From: Octopus sinensis
Lineage: Eukaryota
Assembly: GCF_006345805.1 (NCBI RefSeq)
Contig: NW_021834563.1
Location: 1-41,143, forward strand
DNA length: 41,143 nucleotides
Direction of reading: 5' to 3'
Positions 36,451-41,143 of this stretch are shown here, piece after piece (the first letter of the stretch is position 1; each line of letters begins with the position of its first letter). Under the pieces are notes generated by a model. It was given only the letters and a program-made list of their open reading frames with translations, searched no databases and was not told the DNA's origin. Both the position numbers and the translations under genes were made by a program.

Positions 36451-36780
36451 ATGGCATTCCGTCGGTTACGACGATGAAGGTTCCAGTTAATCCGATCAGA
36501 GGAACAAGCTGTTCGTGAGATTAACGTGTAGGTGGCTGAGCACCCCACTGTTACCCGGACCCCTTTACAACATACTTCCTAGGGAGATTAAGCGTGACAC
36601 AGAGTGTGACAAGGCTGGCCCCTTTGAAATACAGGTACTACTCATTTTTGCCAGCTGAGTGGACTGGAGCAACGTGAAATAAAGTGTCTTGCTCAAGGAC
36701 ACAACGTGCAGCCTGGAATCGAACTCACAACCCTATGATCGCGAGTCGAATACCCTAGCCTCTAAGCCACGTGCCTTCAC
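36451..36780 (-). mobile_element. SINE, head H4 + tail F
   Basis: Collinear with 16192-16513. Confidence 0.88.
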
Positions 36781-36812
36781 TTATACGGACTTAGTATGTC
36801 TATATTCCATAA

Positions 36813-37240
36813 AGGTGTAGGAGCGGCTGTGTGGTAAGTAGTTTGCTTACCAGCCACATAGTTCAGGGTTCAGTTCCACTGCGTGGCACCTTGGGTAAGT
36901 CTCTTCTGCTATAGCCTCGAGCCAACCAAAGACTTGTGAGTGGATTTGGTAGACGGAAACTGAAAGAAGCCCGTCGTATATATATATATATATATGCGTG
37001 TGTGTGTGTTTGTGTCTGTGCTTGCGCCCCCACCATCGCTTGACAACTGATGCTGGTGTGTTTACATCCTGTAACTTAGCGGTTCGGCAAAACAGACCGA
37101 TAGAATAAGTACTAGACTTACGAGGAATAAGTCCTGGGGTCGATTTGCTCGACTAAAGGCGGTGCTCCAGCATGGCCGCAGTCAAATGACTGAAACAAGT
37201 AAAAGAGTAAAAAAGTAAAGAGAATAAAAAATAAAAGAAT
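36813..37240 (+). mobile_element. SINE family A (full)
   Basis: Head through GGCGGTGCTCCAGCATGGCCGCAGTCAAATGACTG and (TAAAAGAG) tail. Confidence 0.9.
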
Positions 37241-37465
37241 ACAATTATTTTTTTTGTTTTTGTAAATTTAAAATGAAGATCTTTGCAAATTTTCCGCTTT
37301 GCTCGTCAGTGACCCCAGCGACCCATCAAGAGTTTGGATGACACCAGAACAAAAACATCTTCTGATGTATTTTTTAAAGTACATGTCAAAAGAAATCATT
37401 TCTCGGTGTTTATTATCCTGGGGGCGAGATCAGTTTGCGGTTCCCATTTAAGATTCTTATCAACT

Positions 37466-37501
37466 ATGGCTGCCGTCAACAGTTTTAAGCCTCAGGAGAC
37501 G
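37466..37501 (+). CDS. Candidate first coding exon MAAVNSFKPQET (phase-0 donor)
   Basis: AACTATGG Kozak context and 12 open codons, followed by ACG|GTGAGT. Upstream GGGGCG (37421) and TCAGTT Inr-like (37430). Lies in non-repeat sequence, but no downstream exon was identified. Confidence 0.3.
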
Positions 37502-37695
37502 GTGAGTCGTTCAGCGAGAGTTCATCCTCCGTTAAAACAATTTGATGCAATTTTAAAAGTTTACTGTTTAGGCATAGGAGTGGTTTTGTCATAGGAACTT
37601 TACTTCCCAACCACATGGATCCGGGTTCAGTTCTACTGTATCATGGCACCTTGTGAGTGGATTTCGGAGACGGAAACTGAAACAGTCATATCGCT

Positions 37696-38470
37696 CAGGT
37701 CATCCCATAAGTTCCGTCCGTTTTTACCTTTTCTTAAATTGAATGATTTTTAATAGTATTCTAGAATGTCTAATGGAATTAAAAATTATTTTTATGCATT
37801 TGTGTACATTTAAACTAATCAAATATTATTTTACAGAATAATAGATTAGAAATTTCTTTGATTAAAACCCTTTCTAACATGGAAGTATCCAAAGAGCATT
37901 TAAGGCACATAATGCTTTATGAGTACAAAAAAAGGAAACTCTGCAGCCGAAACGACTCGAAACATACACTCAGTTTATGGGAAACAATGCTTGAATGAAA
38001 GAACTTGCAGAAGATGGTTTGCAAAATTCAGAAGTGGAGATTCCAGCCTTGAAGATCGAACAGGTTGTCCAGTTAAGTTTGATGATAAGCTCATTGAGGC
38101 ATTACTTGAAGAAAACCCTGCATTATCAGTTGAAGAACAGGCAATAAAGCTTACTTCAAACCATACAATTTTTCATCGTCATCTTCAACAACTTGGAAAG
38201 GTTCCTAAACTTGGAAAATGGGTGCCTCATCAATTGTCCGAAAGCAACCGCAAATCCAGAGTAATTCACTTTATATTGTTACCACCTAATGCAACAATCA
38301 ATGCTCAAGTCTACTGTCAGCAATTAGAGCGTTTGAACCAAGCTTTGAAGAAAAAAATACCCGCTTTAATGAATTGAAAAGGAGTGATGTTTCATCAGGA
38401 CAATGCGCAACGCCCCACTGCTAAGATCAAATCACCGAAGATCGAAGAGCTTGGTTGGGAAAAAATTCTC
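37696..38470 (+). mobile_element. Mariner (DD34D) fossil, internally deleted and 3'-truncated
   Basis: TIR-like CAGGTCATCCCATAAGTTCCGTCCG. ATG at 37879 gives MEVSKEHLRHIMLYEYKKG..CRRWFAKFRSG..WVPHQL..[deletion]..LLPPNATINAQVYCQQLERL..FHQDNA..EELGWE. Confidence 0.9.
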
Positions 38471-38471
38471 C

Positions 38472-38597
38472 TGACCTAGTACTTATTCTATCGGTCTCGT
38501 TTGCCGACCCGCTACGTTACGGGGACGTAGACACACCAGCATCGGCTGCCAATCGATGGTGGGGGTACAAACACAGACACACATACACCCCCTCATT

Positions 38598-38628
<31 letters not shown>

Positions 38629-39345
38629 GACGGGCTTCTTTTAGTTTCCGTCTACAAATCCACTCACAAGGCTTTGGTCGGCCCGTGGCTATAGTAGAAG
38701 AAACTTGCCCAAGGTGTCATACAGTGGGACTGAACCCGGAACCATGTGGTTGGCAAGCAAGCTACTTTATTTCATTTCATTGGCCATGAAGGCCGCATAC
38801 AGAGGGAGTAGCTTGAGGGCTGGAGAAAAACCATTAATGAGATGAATGATGAAAAGGATGGTATGAATGGGAGAAGGCAGAAGACGACCACCCATCTTCT
38901 GCTTCTCTAAAACATTGTTCTTTACTCTTTTACTCTTTTACTTGTTTCAGTCATTTGACTGCGGCCATGCTGGAGCACCGCCTTTAGTCGAGCAGATCGA
39001 CTCCAGGACTTATTCTTTTGTAAGCCCAGTACTTATTCTATCGGTCTGTTTTGCCGAACCGCTAAGTGACGGGGACGTAAACACACCAGCATCGGTTGTC
39101 AAGCAATGCTAGGGGGACAAACACAGACACACAAACACACACACACACACATATATATATACATATATATATATACATATATACGACAGGCTTCTTTCAG
39201 TTTCCGTCTACCAAATCCACTCACAAGGCATTGGTCGGCCCGGGGCTATAGCAGAAGACACTTGCCCAAGATGCCACGCAGTGGGACTGAATCTGGAACC
39301 ATGTGGTTGGTAAGCAAGCTACTTACCACACAGCCACTCCTGCGC
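38472..39345 (-). mobile_element. Two SINE family A copies (38472-38765 partial; 38920-39345 full, young subfamily)
   Basis: Family-A consensus matches. Confidence 0.88.
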
Positions 39346-39729
39346 CATTGTTCTTTTTTTTTCAAAACAAAAACAAAAAAACAAAACGAGGTATTGAACC
39401 TCTTACCTTAGTTCTGCAATTATTGGACTCAATAGCCCATTACAAATTGAGGCGCTGAGCCTCTTACAAGCAATAAACATTTAGGGACTAAAGCCTCTTT
39501 ATCCTTCCTCCCCGACCAGGCCGTATACGTCCCGCAGGCAATGCTCCAGCTCCAGGCTGGGGCTCCAGAAGGTGAACCTAAACTGGTCCCTCGGGAAGGA
39601 GTCCATCACCCTGAACATATCGACTTCCGATATGACCTCCGTAGTCACCTGCGGAGGCCAATCCGGGTCTTCAGTTCAGGGCATAGGTCCTTCCTCCGGC
39701 CCTCTAGCTTCCTTAAGAAGATCTGTATT

Positions 39730-40020
39730 GCAAGTAAGCAAGCTACTTACCGCACAACCACTCCTGCACCTATACATATATATACGCATGCGTGTGTACT
39801 CACGTGAGTGTGTGTCTGTCTGCGTTGTGCCTTGCCACCGCTTCACAACCGATGCTGGTTTGTTTACTTCTCTGTAACTAGTGGTTCGGCAAAAAAGACC
39901 GGTAGGATAAACAGCAGGCTTAAAAGAATTACTGGGGTCGATTCGTTCGACTAAAAACTCGTCGAGGGATACCCCAGCATGGCCGCAGTCTAATGACTAA
40001 AACGATTAAAAATAAAAGGA
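39730..40020. mobile_element. SINE-A remnants (minus head 39730-39760; plus diverged tail 39790-40020)
   Basis: GTAAGCAAGCTACTTACC...CACTCCTGCACC and ...CCCCAGCATGGCCGCAGTCTAATGAC. Confidence 0.7.
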
Positions 40021-40369
40021 TATGAAATGGTATGTTTCACGTCCCCTGGAGACGAAACCAGGAACGTGTCATTCGCATAGAGAATAAGAGGTTATAAGTT
40101 TGAAACAAAAGCCGCATACATTGTGCAGGCGCTCACACACGCATGCACCTACGTACACATGCACACATAGAGGTCCGCTTGCACTTGTGTGTGTGTGTGA
40201 ATGAATACATCTGCCACTTAATGGTAACAGACAATAAAATCCATAGTAATTACATCAAAGAAAGCTGAAAGCTGGAGACAAGATCTACTCAGCGTAGCTT
40301 CTTCAAAGTCTTGTACGAATACGTGTGTGTCTCTGTGCCTCTGTGTGTATGTGTGTGTGTCTGTGCCTC

Positions 40370-40403
<34 letters not shown>

Positions 40404-40742
40404 GTGTATGTGTGTGTGTAAGGAGAAAAACAACTGGTTTTAAATCTCTGAATGATATCTATTTAGTAACAGTAATGTACAGTAAACTTTATTTGCCAAC
40501 ATAACATGGCAGTCTTGCGTAAGACTATGATACTACTTTTCAATCCCAGGGAAACATCTTTTCCAGGAGCTTAAGGACGGACACATGATCTATGTCAGGG
40601 ACACACTGTGACCAAGGAAGCTTACTACTCCCTTCTAGCCGTTAGCACGCGAGTAAACCAATGGTTTCTGGATAATTTCCCGTCATCGGTATTGGACAAC
40701 CGCTGGCAGCCACTCGACCTTAATCACAGTATATAAATATAC

Positions 40743-40778
<36 letters not shown>

Positions 40779-40780
40779 TA

Positions 40781-40819
<39 letters not shown>

Positions 40820-40821
<2 letters not shown>

Positions 40822-41143
40822 AGCCCGGGTTGATTCGGGGTTAACCACAGTAAATAAGGTACTCAAATACATAGCAGAGTAAATTAATTTATTATATAGA
40901 AGGAGCTTCTACAGGAAGAGAACTGTTTCATCATTCAAGAGAAATCTTCAGGAAGCTAGTTAACAAGAATTGTAATTGGCATTTATACATTTAGGCAGGT
41001 TTATAGGGGTGGTGGTGGGGGACTTTTTGGGGGTAGGCATAGCGCAAAAAATCATACTTGGGGGAGTGGTCAAGAGTCAGTGGTAATTAGATAGAAGAAT
41101 AAATAAAGAAATAAAAAAGAATAAAAAAATATAAAAATATATA
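40820..41143 (-). mobile_element. Penelope-like element terminal segment (runs off the window)
   Basis: Pyrimidine-rich UTR-like minus strand containing a type-I hammerhead, ending at (TA)n. Confidence 0.55.
40904..40957 (-). ncRNA. Type-I hammerhead ribozyme motif
   Basis: The minus strand reads AGCTTC-CTGAAGA-tttctcttgaatgat-GAA-ACAG-ttctcttc-CTGT-A-GAAGCT. Stem I has 6 bp, stem III has 4 bp, both core halves are intact and the cleavage triplet is GUA. Stem II is weak. Confidence 0.7.

Overview
This is a 41-kb, AT-rich, repeat-saturated eukaryotic window, most likely intronic or intergenic DNA of an octopod cephalopod. That origin is inferred from my recollection of Octopus tRNA-derived SINE families and Dong/R4 LINEs, not from a search. 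No intact protein-coding gene is supported: the long ORFs in the track are microsatellite artefacts or decayed transposon ORFs. Contents: (i) roughly 40 SINE copies, which I label family A (internal microsatellite, CR1-like tail), family B, and two tRNA heads, H3 and H4, each joined to several different tails; (ii) four Dong/R4-clade LINE fragments sitting in (TAA)n, a CR1-like 3' end, a possible RTE remnant, and an RT-less Tx1/L1-like element interrupted by three SINEs and a full-length Tc1; (iii) DNA-transposon fossils (hAT/Charlie transposase, hAT MITE with a perfect 8-bp TSD, piggyBac 5' end, maT/DD37D, mariner, Helitron-like ends); (iv) two Penelope-type ends carrying hammerhead-ribozyme motifs; (v) very long microsatellites; (vi) one weak candidate first coding exon (MAAVNSFKPQET|GTGAGT). 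The best leads are the hammerhead motifs, the 184-bp-period SINE-B multimers with an invariant junction, and modular SINE head/tail swapping. I found no evidence of a novel protein-based system. Boundaries are read by eye and approximate unless a TSD or TIR is quoted.
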